Source: Eledone cirrhosa (Eukaryota). From it: a DNA stretch of 64,000 nt. Positions 13,468 through 32,575 of the stretch are shown piece by piece; positions within the stretch are counted from its first letter, which is position 1, and every line of letters starts with the position of its first letter. Where the stretch lies: the NCBI GenBank assembly GCA_964016885.1, contig OZ024752.1, forward strand, positions 28,334,001 through 28,398,000, given 5' to 3'. The notes under the pieces were generated by a model. The model was given only the letters and a program-made list of their open reading frames with translations. It was not told the DNA's origin and ran no database searches. The translations under genes were made by a program, and so were the position numbers.

Positions 13468-13539
13468 ATTGAAATTTCCGTTGGAAACAGAAAAGGTCAT
13501 AGAAGTGAAGAGTGCTCTATGTAAATATCAGAGCAAAAT

Positions 13540-14398
13540 TTAATGTATAAAAATCAATACAATATAATTACCTCATTACCAGAGGTTTCCCGAATGAGGC
13601 GAATACGAAAGAAACGTCTTCATTCGTTCGTCAGACGAGGCAATATAAAACATGGGTAAATACTTAGAAAAACTCATCAAGAAAATCAAAAAAAAGATAT
13701 AGACAAATGAATTAGAAATTGAAATATATAAAAATCTATCAAGAAATATATTTAGGTGTGTGTATATGTATGTATATACGCTCACAGATGTGCATATATG
13801 TGTATGCACATATGTATACGTATAGTGAAAAAGTGTGTGTAAATCTAAAATTTAGGGCAAATGTATCTGTATGTCTGTAATCTACAGACAGAATAGTTAC
13901 ATCATAAGTATATGAATATGAAGGTGCGCGCATAAAAACACCTACACACACGTACAACTAGATGCGGAAGTAAAAGAGGTAAGGGAGTGTAATAATTAAA
14001 GGAAAGTATCAATCTCGATATATTTATAAAAATGTAACAATAAATTAGAAAGAAAAAATTTTAGAAAGAAAAAATTAAAGAAAAGAAGACAAAAAAGGGT
14101 ACATACATACACAGACACGCATGTCTCACAAAAGAAACGCAAAAATATACATGCTTATATATACACGCGCACTTACATATCCATAAGTTCGATACGTACA
14201 TACACACACACACACACATACTTACACTCACGCATATTGACCTGTTTGCATGCACACGCATAAAAATGAGTAAGTAAAAAAAGGGGGGGGGGGAGAAGAA
14301 AAGAGGAACAGAAACATAAAACCGAGATGTCAAAAACACGGATATAAAGACACATACACATACGCATAAAATATACATACAGACACACGTATACATAT

Positions 14399-14445
<47 letters not shown>

Positions 14446-16142
14446 CACGCACGCGCGCGCACATACGTAGTCACTCATGTACATATATAAAAGTATACAC
14501 ACATTAAGGCGTTCAGCCATATTGATACAGGGTGTAAAAAACTTGTGGATAAGTAAGTACAAATATAAAATTGTAAGATTGGCTGCGCAAAAATAAAAAA
14601 ATAAAAAAAAAATGAAAAATATATCTGGATTGAAAAACACAAAAGACATGTGTAATTAGTTAGTGGAGGAAAAAGGGGAATTAAAAAAAGGGGGAAGTAA
14701 AAAATGGAAAGTGAATCGGAGAATAAAGGAGGGGGGTTGTGGATGTGAAGTAAAAATAAAAAAATAAGAATAAAAATAAATGAAATTATTGACAAGGATA
14801 AAAATGAAAGTAAGTCAGAAAGGGTAATTAAAAAGAGAATAATAAGAGTTTATGGAGGATAAGTATCTGAAAGTGTGTTAAGTTTATATGAGCTGGAAAG
14901 CATGTGTGATTTCATGTGTGGGCAACTGGTGAAAATTTCCGTCTTTGTGTTCAGGCAGGTCTTTGGTGATTTTAGATTTTGCAATATCCAATATTTTTCA
15001 TTTATGCAGAGCGTGCATTTTCTTGTTCCTCTAGCATATTCTTTAGATTGGTTCAGAATTGACCAATCTAATTTATATTGGATGCCTTGGTCTTTCAAAT
15101 CCCAAATTCTGCTAGCCAGAGCTGTTGTAAATCTTTTTTCTGGATGTCGAAAGGATGCGACATGTGAGTAATAACGCGTTTTGAATTTGTCTTGCGTCAT
15201 ACCCACATATCGTTCACTGGTGGCTGGATGGTTGTTGCTGATGGTTGTCACTTTAGCCGCATATACAATGGCTTTGGTGTTGCATTTACCTTGTAATGGG
15301 CATTCACTTTTGATTCTACAGGAGCAAGTTTGATTTTCTCTAGGTGATATTTTGTTGAGGATATAGGACTTAATAGGGGGACCGCAGGAATAGCTAATTT
15401 TAACACAGTTTCTGTTAAAGATCTTATAGTATCTATGTGTTCTAGGGAAATGTTTATCTAGGAGCTCAAGGAATTTTTTGCCTACATAAGTTTTAACTGC
15501 TAGAGAGTAGGGGGGTGTGAACCAGATTATTTTTCTTTTCCTATTTTTATGTTTAATAGAGTTAGTATAGTTAGGTATGTATTTAATCGGTTCGCTAAAA
15601 CCGCTATTTTGGAGGGCTTTATTATAGTAGGGGGATGCCTTATTAAAAATAGCTTCTGAGGAAGAGAGGGTGGAGATCCTACTGCTAATATTAGGGATAA
15701 GGTTTTTAAAAACTATAGGTGGATGGCAAGATCCTTTATTTATATATTTTAAGTTATCATTAGGTTTATGGTATGGTTTATAAGAAGCAGTAGGCAAATC
15801 TAGGTTTATATCTAGGAAATCTACGTTGGAAAGGTTAGTGTCAATAGTAATTTTAAGATTAAAACTAGCGAAGGTTTTTATTAAGTCTTTCCTTAATCTA
15901 TCTAAGTTATGGCCTATGGTGGTATGGGAAAGTATTAGACCATCGTCGCGATAAAGCCCAAAAATATGGTTAGGAAATTTTTCTTTAAGTGTATGTAAGA
16001 GGAATAGGCCGACCAGATCACAAACATCGGCACTGTCGTAAGAGCCCATTGAGACATCGAATGGGTTCTCTGGGTTAGATATTTTTACCCAAGTGTCATT
16101 ATCATTAAAAAGTAGAGTGTTCCTAGCATGCAAGATGACATT
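13540..16142 (-). mobile_element. 5'-truncated Penelope-like element (possibly Naiad-type), RT + GIY-YIG ORF 14850-16133, long 3' UTR with hammerhead
   Basis: FDVSMGSYDSADVCDLVG, GLYRDDGL catalytic motif, VDFLDI, WFTPPYS, CSC..ECPLQGKC, IVY..YVGMT..FKTRY..H, CTLC.EK..CLN..E..CPH. Clade assignment is inference. Confidence 0.9.
13568..13643 (-). ncRNA. Type I hammerhead ribozyme candidate, family H (3' of PLE ORF 14850-16133)
   Basis: ttgcctcgt CTGACGA a cgaatga ... tcattcg g GAAA cctctgg TA atgaggtaa; 9-bp stem I including G-U pairs. Confidence 0.85.
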
Positions 16143-17339
16143 CTATATATATATAAATTCTCTATATATATAAATGAGATTGCTATCCCCACAGGTACTA
16201 CGTACCCTCGACACAAGGCCAACAATTTGGGTTGAGAGAAAAGTAGATTATATCGATCCAGTACATTACTGGCACTTTATTTTATCGACCCCGTAAGGAT
16301 GAAAGGTAAAGCAGGATTTGAACTCAGAACGTAAAAGGTCATAATGCTATGCTGTAAAGCATGGTGTCTGGCGCTCATCCATTACTGCCAACCCATCGCT
16401 CTTCAAGCAAACAAGCATCCATTACTAGTAAGAATGGTTTCTTATATAGGCTCAAGGCCAGCAATTTTGAGGGAGGGGAAAGTCGATTACATCGACCCCA
16501 GTGCATTACTGGTACTTTATTTTATCGATCCCCGTAAGGATGAAAGGCAAAGCTAACCTCGGTGGGATTTGAACTCAGAATGTAAAGAGTCATAACTCTA
16601 TGCTGCAAAATATGGTTTCTGACGCTCTTCCGATACTGCCAATCCCTTCAAGCAAGAAAGCATCCATTACTAGTAAGAATAAATTGAGAAATTTGCACCA
16701 ACAGAACGCAAACAGCTGCAGAACACGGAAATGTATTTGTCATTCACAATAACGATTACACAATCAACGTTAACTACTTAGAAAAATCCTTTATTTATAA
16801 GCCCGTACTAAAACTAATATTAACCGAATCATTATTGATTATATAAGAATATTATATAATAATAACTATTGATTATATAAGACTGTTAATAAAGAAACAA
16901 TCAATATAAGAATACATCCACCGCCGTCCCCAATACGGTCTGATACATATCTACTATCTCATATCTGGCCTTTGACCGTCACTCCCATAAAATTAATATA
17001 GCGAAAAAAATTTCAAAGCAATCTCTTAAACAGGCCCCCAGCTTACACACAGACAATTAGTCTCTGTAGTCTTTGTAAATTTAACAGACTATCAATCATG
17101 AAACATTAAATCAAATCATTGAATAATCATAATTATTTATTTCCAGATCCCTACATAAGTAGGTAACTTCTAAAATATCTTAATATAATTCCAATAAAAC
17201 ACGACATGAAATTATATTTGTACCCCTCTAGGCAAAACTATTATGCAATAATTTGAAAAAAAATCAAAAGAAATCTTTCCCTTGAAATAGGTGCTTTTCA
17301 GTCTCATAAAGGAAAATATCATTTGTTTCCTTATTTTAT

Positions 17340-19000
17340 TTGTCGAATCAACATACCTGACCCTGACCTCCTTATCCGCCAAAGCTTCCCATTTTATCAT
17401 GTAGGCCTATTAGACCTGCCTATTTTGTGGGCTTCCTTGACATTAGATAGGCTCAAGCTGCAGATCACTAGATGGTGATCAGTTGACAGCTCAGCCACTC
17501 TCTTAACTCGAACATACAGCACAGAATCTGTTCCTGATTCCCCTAATACCATGTATATTTATGTATTTGTGCTAGAAGAAGGTGTTCATAATGGAGAGCC
17601 CTTTAAAAGTATAGCTTCCTTATCCGCCAAATCTTCCCTCTTTATCATGTAGGCCGATCTAGACCTACCAGTTTTGAGGGGCTTCCTTTGTCTTAGGTAG
17701 TCTCAAGCTACAGATCACTAGATGGTGATCAGTTGACAGCTCAACCACTCTCTTAACTTGAACATACAGATCCAGAATCTAAGAGATCAGAGACAATAAC
17801 AAAATCAATTATTGATCTCTGTCCCTGATTCCCCTTATACCATGTATATTTATGTCTTTGTGCTAGAAGAAGGTGTTCATAATAGAGAACCCTTTACTAG
17901 AACAGACATCTGATATGGCCTATCCATTTCTGTTTAGATCGATATCACCGTTCATTCCAATCATTCATTTCCATATCAGGTGGTCAGTTCCATCATGTGC
18001 ATTGAAGTCTCCCATTACGATATATGACTCAGTCCTAACTACAAGTCTCCCATTACGATATATGACTCAGTCCTAACTACAAGTCTCCCATTACGATATA
18101 TGACTCAGTCCTAACTACAAGTCTCCCATTACGATATATGACTCAGTCCTAACTACAAGTCTCCCATTACGATATATGACTCAGTCCTAACTACAAGTCT
18201 CCCATTACGATATATGACTCAGTCCTAACTACAAGTCTCCCATTACGATATATGACTCAGTCCTAACTACAAGTCTCCCATTACGATATATGACTCAGTC
18301 CTAACTACAGGTCTCCCATTACGATATATGACTCAGTCCTAACTACAGGTCTCCCATTACGATATATGACTCAGTCCTAACTACAAGTCTCCCATTACGA
18401 TATATGACTCAGTCCTAACTACAGGTCTCCCATTACGATATATGACTCAGTCCTAACTACAAGTCTCCCATTACGATATATGACTCAGTCCTAACTACAA
18501 GTCTTCCATTACGATATATGACTCAGTCCTAACTACAAGTCTCCCATTACGATATATGACTCAGTCCTAACTACAAGTCTCCCATTACGATATATGACTC
18601 AGTCCTAACTACAAGTCTTCCATTACGATATATGACTCAGTCCTAACTACAAGTCTCCCATTACGATATATGACTCAGTCCTAACTACAAGTCTCCCATT
18701 ACGATATATGACTCAGTCCTAACTACAAGTCTTCCATTACGATATATGACTCAGTCCTAACTACAAGTCTCCCATTACGATATATGACTCAGTCCTAACT
18801 ACACCTAACGCTGTAGTGACTTCAAGGGAGGATCTCCATTCAGACAATTTGTTTGGTGCATAAAATTGCACCACCCACAGAGATTTATCTTTCAGCCTAA
18901 GTTTCAAGAAGCAAATCCTCCCCCCTAATGGTATCCAGTCCATAAAACATTCTGACAGCCGGGGGCTTGTGAGTATCGACACTCCCGTCAGTGTAGTCAT
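17340..19000 (-). mobile_element. Degenerate LINE (APE endonuclease domain, RTE-like) interrupted by a tandem array
   Basis: Minus-strand peptides VVQFYAPN, YIVMGDFNAHDG, NRNG, IMNTFF, DHHLV; internal ~250-bp duplication at about 17370-17900. Confidence 0.75.
18005..18802. repeat. 38-bp minisatellite, 21 copies, each containing TGACTCA
   Basis: Unit aagtctcccattacgatatatgactcagtcctaactac; starts at 18005, 18043 ... 18765. Confidence 0.95.
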
Positions 19001-19212
19001 TTTTGGCGCCACATTGTTGGCACACCACATGAATAGTGGAGTTTCCATGCTCTATCTAAATCCTCCATGTACGTTGAGGCTTCTAAATCTAAGTTAATTT
19101 CAATAAAATACATATCTGCCCAACTTCTATCGAATATTAATAATATTATTTTAATATTATTATTATTATCCACCCCGCCCGAACGTTCAATCTATCTAAT
19201 TTTTCAATCTTT

Positions 19213-19247
19213 CTTCTGAAGAAGGACTAGCGTCCGAAACGTTAAAG
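19213..19247 (+). ncRNA. Minimal hammerhead-like motif, family I
   Basis: ctt CTGAAGA a ggac tagc gtcc GAAA cgtta aag; AACGTT palindrome; weak stem I. Confidence 0.55.
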
Positions 19248-19384
19248 CCCTCTTCCTGCTATTTCAAGCATTAACCTAATATATTCCTTTCATATACTGT
19301 ACCGATTGTGCTGTTATTTCTGTTTACCTTTTACATACATACACACACATATATATAAAATATAGAAATAGCTTCTAGAGGATA

Positions 19385-19462
<78 letters not shown>

Positions 19463-19518
19463 CATATATAGAGTGTTCACTAGCAAATTCAAATACGTAC
19501 ACAGAGATATATACACAT

Positions 19519-19551
<33 letters not shown>

Positions 19552-19729
19552 AAATATAGAAATGGCTTCTACAGGATAAACACATATATATATATATATA
19601 TATACATATATAGAGCGTTCACTAGTAAATTCAAATACGTAATGTATATGTACACAGAGATATACACACACACACACACACACACATACATGTATGTATA
19701 TGTATATATATATATAAGCGTGTGTGTGT

Positions 19730-19781
<52 letters not shown>

Positions 19782-20051
19782 CTCTGTGTGTGTAAAGAAT
19801 AGAAAAGATGAAATTAAGTCATAACACTTCTAACAAGAAATATTCTGCAAAACACTCGTTCAAGATTCATTGTTAAATATGTGCTAAAAAATTAGTATTT
19901 TTATGTGTAATAAATTTCTCAATGACTCAAGCATTATCTTTTGCGTCATCGGAGAAAGTTTAAATGATCCTCATTATAGCAATAGATACCTTTATAATCG
20001 CCATCTTTACAAACCACTCATATAGACCACTACACATAAATGTCTACATAC

Positions 20052-20055
<4 letters not shown>

Positions 20056-20108
<53 letters not shown>

Positions 20109-20216
20109 ATATTAATGTATATATATATATATACATATATATATACATACATATATATATATATATATATACATACATATATACATATATATATATATGT
20201 GTGTATGTGTGTATAT

Positions 20217-20254
<38 letters not shown>

Positions 20255-20363
20255 ATATATATATATATACATATATGTATATATATATATATACATATAT
20301 GTATATATATATGTATATATATATATATGTGTGTATATGTATATTTATATATACATATATATG

Positions 20364-20449
<86 letters not shown>

Positions 20450-20488
20450 CATACACACATATACATATATATACATACACACATATAC

Positions 20489-20521
<33 letters not shown>

Positions 20522-20532
20522 CATATACATAC
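20056..20532. repeat. Compound (TA)n/(TATG)/(CA) microsatellite, representative of dozens of (TA)n, (CA)n, (AG)n, (GATA)n and (CATA)n tracts (e.g. 12521-12780, 37320-37440, 40845-41155, 57551-57681, 59200-59760)
   Basis: Direct reading; these tracts produce the [12 protein letters not shown] ORFs in the track. Confidence 0.97.
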
Positions 20533-20929
20533 AACGACGCTCATATACCATTACATACACATACACACAGAAATTAAAACTTTGGGTAGATTGCCATTAC
20601 CACCCATGACGTTTACCAGCATTAATTATATCAATATAAAGTAGTTACACACCGGATGTTGGAAGAAGACAATGAGTTTGAAAAAGAATGAACGGTTCTA
20701 TAGTATTTGGGAAACAATGGACAGAGCTGAACATTATATTACACGCCTTTAGTTCTACTTTTAATTAATAGAATACTGAAAGAATACTTTCGTGTTTTGT
20801 GTTTCTAATGACTATTGTGAAACTTAAAAACAATTGACAATGATGTGTAATTTTCGACTTGATATTACCCACATCTCAAAATGAAAATTACTCTTGAGAA
20901 TCTTAATCAAAATTCGGGAAAGTAACAGC

Positions 20930-20963
20930 TATAAAAAGCGGTTGTTGGAAAGTCTAAGCAGTT
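20930..20963 (+). promoter_or_regulatory. Core promoter of S-crystallin 1: TATA box plus initiator-like element
   Basis: TATAAAA at 20930-20936; GCAGTT with its A at 20960, 30 nt downstream and about 85 nt before the ATG. Confidence 0.7.
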
Positions 20964-21044
20964 CTTCTTCTGCAAGACACATACAAACATATAAGACAAA
21001 CTCTTGTTTTTTGGTAACCCTTCTAACAACCAACAATATCAACC

Positions 21045-26351
<5,307 letters not shown>

Positions 26352-26412
26352 GATAATATATCGTGATAATATTGGACCTTTAAAAAGCAATAGAAAATGA
26401 AAAAAAATTCTC

Positions 26413-26418
26413 AATAAA
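26413..26418 (+). terminator. Polyadenylation signal of S-crystallin 1
   Basis: AATAAA about 60 nt after the stop, followed by GT/T-rich sequence. Confidence 0.6.
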
Positions 26419-27559
26419 ATTATGAAATATTGATTGCTTATTCTGTGGTTTGTCTGTCATTTTTGCTAGTATTCCGAAATACGAGTATCTATATATTAAT
26501 TAAATATGATAATAGGGAACTATCTAATGAGTCGAATATTTGATACTGATGAAATTACTGATATTTGCATACGGCATTGATATCTTCCTGGAACTTACAT
26601 ATCCTCACTTCCTCGATTATTAATATTGGTAGTATCGGTAGAGCGTCAAACACCATGCTTTGCAGCATAGAGTTGTGGCCATTTACTTTCTGAGTTCAAA
26701 TACCCACCGAGGTTAACTTTGCTTTTCATCCTTATGGGTCGATAAAATAAAGCACCAGTAATCCACTGGCCTTGTGCAAAAAGTAAAAACAATTATTATG
26801 AATCGCAAGATATATTTAATTTGAATTTTTCGTATTTTATGTGTAATAGCTGCGGATTTAAGATCTATCGTTATTAACTACATGAAGAAGTAACATGCTG
26901 TATTGTTCACATGCCCACTTTGCAATCATTACGTCACTGGTTCGATCCCGCTGTGTGGCAGCTCTGGCATGTGTCATTTGCCATAGCCTCGATAGACCGA
27001 TGCCTTTTAAGGGAAACTGAGTAGGAGTAAACTGTTCAGTGCGTCTTCAGGGTAGACTGTATCTGCAATTCAAAGAAAGGGTCAATCTTGACACATACTA
27101 TGGTATGTGGGTGCTCTATGAGAGCCAACTTAAGGGTGCACGTGTCTGTGGAATACTTAGCCACTTACAGGTTAATTTCATGAGAAAGATATTCTCTTAA
27201 TCAAATAATTGAAACACACCACATCGAAACCGTCGCAGGTTCATTTCATTCACCTAACATCAGAATGTTCTTACTTTTAGCACAAGGACAGCAATTACCC
27301 CAGTGCGTTACTGGTACTATATTTCATCGACCCCGTAAAGATGAAAGGCAAAGTTAATCTCGGCGAGATTTGAACACAGAACGGCCATAACTCTATGCTG
27401 CAAAGTATCGTGTCTGACGCTCTACTGATACAGCCTAACATCATAATGAAGAGTTTAATCAATTGATTCTTCACTTTTACTGATGTGTCACAAGCCAAGC
27501 CTCATAAAAATGTTTCTTTCTCTTTGCCCAACTTGCAACATCCAGGTTTATTAAAGGAT

Positions 27560-27960
27560 GAATGCGTGTAGGAACTTTATCTCTTCTTCTTCGTCCACTT
27601 ATTTCTGAGAGGGCCATGAGGGCAGAGTCCTCAAATACTCCTTCCAGCGGGTCCTGTCAGAAGACACCGTCTCCAACTGATCTGGCTGGATCCCCAAGCT
27701 CACCAGCCAAGCTCATGGATGTTATCCAACCATCTTGCTCGGGGACTACCCCTGGGTCTCCTAATTGTTGGTTTCACTCGTAAAATCTGTCCAGCGATTC
27801 TTTCCTGAGATATTCTAACCACATGTCCATAGTATCGGAGCTGTGATCTCTCAATTCGGAGAAGTAGCGGCTCTACCTAGAATGATTCTCTGATCTCCTA
27901 GTTACGTACTCTATCGAGTAACGTTATTCCTAAGACGCTTCAGAACTTTATCCCTCTGAA
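27560..27960 (-). mobile_element. LINE C-terminal fragment (RTE-like)
   Basis: Minus-strand RSQLRYYGHVVRISQERIAGQILRVKP..RRPRGSPRARWLDNI. Confidence 0.65.
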
Positions 27961-28511
27961 GTTCGTTTTCTCCACGTAAATTACAATTCATCTGATTATG
28001 TACTGAAACAAAGGAAATGACGACAATTCTTGATCCATCGGATTACTGAAGACTCTTAAACTTAAAATGGCTAAATTCAGTAACGAGGCGATTATTGATA
28101 AATCATTTGTCCCTTGATATTGATAAATGATTTGTCGGTATGAACGAGTTAATTTAATATTTAGAAAAGCGGATAATACAGCTATCCTAGATATTGTTAT
28201 GCATATTAACCGATATAAAAGTAGTTGAGGGTGTGTGTTTTCTTTTATATAGCTAAGCGGAGTGAGATCCAACTAATTCGCAACAGTAATCTTTAGGGTG
28301 TCAGATCCTAATGTTCTCGTTTGTGTTATAACAACAAAATGTTTTACATTCAGGTCTTGAACACATACTTAATTAGACCTAATAAATTGATGATTGGTTC
28401 TAAGTAATAGGACTACGAAAGGGCATCAGTTAGTTTCGACTATGGGTGTTCCAGTGGTTCGATATACGAGACAGACTGCTTTAGAAATTAAGGTACGCAC
28501 AAGTAAATATA

Positions 28512-28546
<35 letters not shown>

Positions 28547-28834
28547 TAATCTATCAAGCTCAGTGTGTGGTCATGCTCCTTCGTTATAGAAATCTACGAT
28601 ATAGAATTTCTTCAATTGAAATTTACAATTCAGTAATCGAAATAGTTTCGATTGCGTCTTGACGCAGATAATTTATTCAATTTCACCCACGCAAAAAATA
28701 GATAAAACTCAATATTTTACGATTTTTCTCTCTCATTTAAACTGCTGAACTCTTTCTACTACCATTCAAAATCTATACAACTTCATACTTCCTGCTACTT
28801 TCTCTTTCCGAGCTTGATGGTGATACTGTCCGTT

Positions 28835-29243
28835 CACACCACTCCCTACTGTCTTAAATTTAGAAACACACATATCCTCTATGAGGTTACTAAACCTGCT
28901 AGAAACAGCAGCTAACTCTCCCCCATATCACACCCCTCCCTACTGTCTTAAATTTAGAAAACATATCTTATATGAGGTCACTAAACCTGCTAGAAACAGC
29001 AGCTAACTCTCCCCCCTATCACACCACTCCCTACTGTCTTAAATTTAGAAAACACATATCCTCTATGAGGTCACTAAACCTGCTAGAAACAACAGCTAAC
29101 TCTCCCCCATATCACACCACTCCCTACTGTCTTAAATTTAGAAAACACATATCCTCTATGAGGTCACTAAACCTGCTAGAAACAACAGCTAACTCTCCTT
29201 CATATCACAACCCTCCCTACTGTCTTAAATTTAGAAAACACAC
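28835..29243 (+). repeat. ~93-bp tandem repeat, about 4.4 copies (similar to a dispersed SINE-like tail also seen near 7970 and 47800)
   Basis: ccctactgtctt recurs at 28844, 28938, 29029, 29122, 29215. Confidence 0.9.
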
Positions 29244-29528
29244 AGACAACCATGCAGAACAACTCAATCGCAGCTCTGTTGTTCGGCTGGCATCGTCTAC
29301 GCGCGTGTTGCGCAAGTACTGTGAAACAATAAATTGCAACACTTTTTTGCACAGAGATAATATCCATAGGCGAAACTACAATTGTCACTGCTGGCGCAGC
29401 TCATGCTTCCAGGTCTGCAATTCATTCACCCAGTGCCTGGCAGACAAAAAAGTGCTGCCATAAAATGGGTGGTGCAACCTAACTTTGGTAACTTAATGAC
29501 CCCGAGCAACGCCGGGCTTTAATGCTAG
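29244..29528 (+). mobile_element. Helitron-like 3' terminus
   Basis: GC hairpin cccg-agcaacgc-cggg at 29501-29516, then CTAG (29525-29528) followed by T; 5' end uncertain (possibly near 28544). Confidence 0.6.
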
Positions 29529-29763
29529 TATATATATAAGATAAGATAATAAGATATCGTTTAAGGTAATGCAACTATAATTAAAGTCGAGTGACGTGTC
29601 TTCTAACGATCAGCGACTTTTAGACACACCGGAATAATTGTTTCTACTTTTGGCACAAGGCCAGCAATTATCCAGTGTATTACTGGTACTTTATTTTATC
29701 GACCCCGTAAGGATGAAAGACAAAGTTAACCTCGGCGGGATTTGATATATATATATATATATT

Positions 29764-29811
<48 letters not shown>

Positions 29812-29873
29812 ATATTTGGGGAGGGTCATATTTGCGTAATATTGCCAGAATTAATAACAGAACACACTCACTG

Positions 29874-29972
<99 letters not shown>

Positions 29973-30578
29973 TCTGAACGAGGTGAAATCAACTTCTTTG
30001 GGGAAACTGTGTACTTAGAAAGGTATATGCCAGTTTGTCATGTATTTTATACACTATAGTGTATATATATATATATATGTGTGTATGAACGTATGTCAAC
30101 TAAATAAGGAGTACTACCAATGTTTAATGAAATGCATACCAAGCATATTATATTTAGAACAGTTGTTTATTTCTAGATGAATATATTACCCTTTCCTCGG
30201 TTCAGATCTAAGGCAGTCTCTATACTTTTATTTTGATGCTTGAGGCAATCTCCTCTTAGAACATATTTCCTCTTAGATCTGACACTGTAATTATTTAATC
30301 TTACATCTAAACAATACGACCTCCATATTCCCTGCCTGTTACGCTGCAAGAGAATTTCTAAGTTTACAAGATTCGCTAATTTGAAAACCTTAACGTTATT
30401 CCCCAAGATGCACAAATTGTCAAAGACAATTGAAATGGCTCTAAACGTTTCGCATATTATTTAATATAATTCCCATGTTTCACAGCCATATAACAAAACA
30501 GAAAAATATATATTTTAGTGTCATTTTTTAAATATATTTTCATACTATTCATTTTGTGTTCTCATCCAATCCTATTGT

Positions 30579-30806
30579 TTAACCGTTTAGCATTTACATT
30601 ACTCTAAATTTATTATTGTATTTTTGTAGTAAAGGCTTTACCTCACATAATTATCTCACATAATATTGAATCTATGAGATTTTGGCATCATTTATTTGAG
30701 AACAATACCTTAACGTCGGTATGAACGGCCAGCTACAGCTGGTTTGAACAGAAAGAGGTGAGGGAATTCTGGTCGGATACGGCCGGTTTAAATTCTAAAG
30801 GGTTAG
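30579..30806. mobile_element. piggyBac-like MITE
   Basis: TTAA-ccgtttagcattta ... taaattctaaaggg-TTAG: imperfect TIRs with TTAA-like target site. Confidence 0.55.
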
Positions 30807-31211
30807 CTATTTTTTCAAAATGTTAATGTATTCATAAGTAGTGTCTTCTAGGTGTAGAAAGTTATCTCCCTTGCACCTTTCTCAACCCTAGTTAAATTTC
30901 TAAAACGTGTGCATATTTGTACATCAACGGATTCAAGTGCCTTTTCTGACTATCAGAGAAATAGAATATAGTTATGCATCCACTTAAATTGTTGAACTCC
31001 ACACTGGGAAACATTTATTCTTGTTATACGACAACAATTCTAAATGTATGTTTTGCGTTACACTTCATTTATATTCATAATTGGACAAAGCACTGTATAT
31101 TTTCTCCCGAATACCTTTACATGTTTTCACTCACCATGCCAACTCTAATCACCTGAACTACTAAATTATATAGTTGGTTTACACACACGTATATATAAAT
31201 ATGTATATATG

Positions 31212-31286
<75 letters not shown>

Positions 31287-31425
31287 AAAAGAGATGAAAT
31301 CGAAAATGCAACTGGAGTCTTTTTTTTTTTAATTATATATTTATCTGGTTCCTTTACCGGTTTCGCTGTTCTTCTGTTTTTCAAAAGTAGAATGGAGATG
31401 GAGGGTTTCTGGTTTTTCTCACATC

Positions 31426-31464
<39 letters not shown>

Positions 31465-31510
31465 GTATATATATACATATGTATATATATACATATGTAT
31501 ATATATATAC

Positions 31511-31611
<101 letters not shown>

Positions 31612-31813
31612 TATATTCATATATATGTATGTGTGTGTGTGCATATATATATATATATATATGCATATACATACATATATATGTGTGTGTGGGTGGGTGT
31701 GTGTATATATATATATATGGACGCTAAATGATGATGATGAGTATTAAATATATATATATATATATGACTGAATCTTAACCATCTACTATGTCAGGGTATG
31801 CCATGCATCATCT

Positions 31814-31880
31814 TATTTTATCTGATGAGGACGTACTGTTGAACTTCACTCAGTACCTCTGAAATATGTATAATAAAATA
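31814..31880 (+). ncRNA. Type I hammerhead ribozyme candidate, family J
   Basis: tattttat CTGATGA ggac gtactg ttgaacttcact cagtac ctct GAAA tatgta TA ataaaata; 8-bp stem I. Confidence 0.75.
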
Positions 31881-31920
31881 TACTTGATCACAAGAATATC
31901 TATTTTGTTAATATGTTGAA

Positions 31921-31954
<34 letters not shown>

Positions 31955-32354
31955 ACAATGTGTATTTATTATATTGATGTAATTATTTATTAAATTTCCT
32001 TTTCACGTATAATTTATTTTCGACCACCATCTTTACTCCTCACCTTACACTCATTAGATTACCCAGTTTAACATCGTCACCTTATACCTACCTGCCTTCA
32101 TTTAGTAGAATTCAATCTGTTGCAAGCGTTCGAGGTAGTATCTCCAGTTAGGGATCCTAAATATAATAAATTGCCACGAGCGTTGCACCTGCCTCTCTTA
32201 CTTAGCACCAAAATGTCTGAATTCTCTAAATCATTTTACATATTCATACGTCAATTTATATCGTTAATTTTCCTGCATCGATGAATATATTAAATAAGGT
32301 TCAACACCCATTCTGTGCCCTCTGACTTACGCCTATTATCATTCTCCTGCTGTA

Positions 32355-32575
32355 GGGCGGTGGATTGGCAGTATCGGTAGAGGGTCGGACGCCATGTTTT
32401 GCAGCATATAGTTACGGCCCTTTATGATCTGAGTTCAAATCCCGCCGAGGTTAACTTTACCCTTCATCCTTACGGGGTCGATAACATAAAGTACCAGTCA
32501 CGCACCGAGGTCGATTTAATCGACTTTCCCCTGCCCCAAAATTGCTGGCCTTGTGCCTAAATTAGAAAACATTAT
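32355..32575 (+). mobile_element. Representative full copy of a tRNA-derived SINE (Nin/Deu-like core); about 20 copies in the window
   Basis: A box tggcagtatcgg, B box gagttcaaatc, core gcctttcatccttacggggtcgataaaataaagtacc; TSD ttatcattc(t/c)cctgctgt. Other copies at about 2630-2810(-), 6955-7040, 16215-16650(- x2), 24270-24460, 26625-26800, 27270-27435(-), 29632-29745(-), 32808-32995, 35235-35412, 35618-35800(-), 42631-42850, 60005-60130, 60516-60700, 61495-61680. Confidence 0.85.

Noticed and set aside
18005-18802. CRISPR-like regular array
   Set aside because: Units are contiguous and near-identical with no unique spacers, the context is eukaryotic, and there are no cas genes.
19964-20644. 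Long ORFs of [18 protein letters not shown] or MYVC (here and at many other sites)
   Set aside because: These are translations of stop-free microsatellites with no coding signal.
28972-29463. 163-aa ORF with 31-aa repeats
   Set aside because: It is a by-product of the 93-bp tandem repeat (a multiple of 3) with no protein similarity I recognise.
32360-32445. tRNA gene
   Set aside because: A and B boxes are present but there is no cloverleaf; it is the head of a multi-copy SINE.
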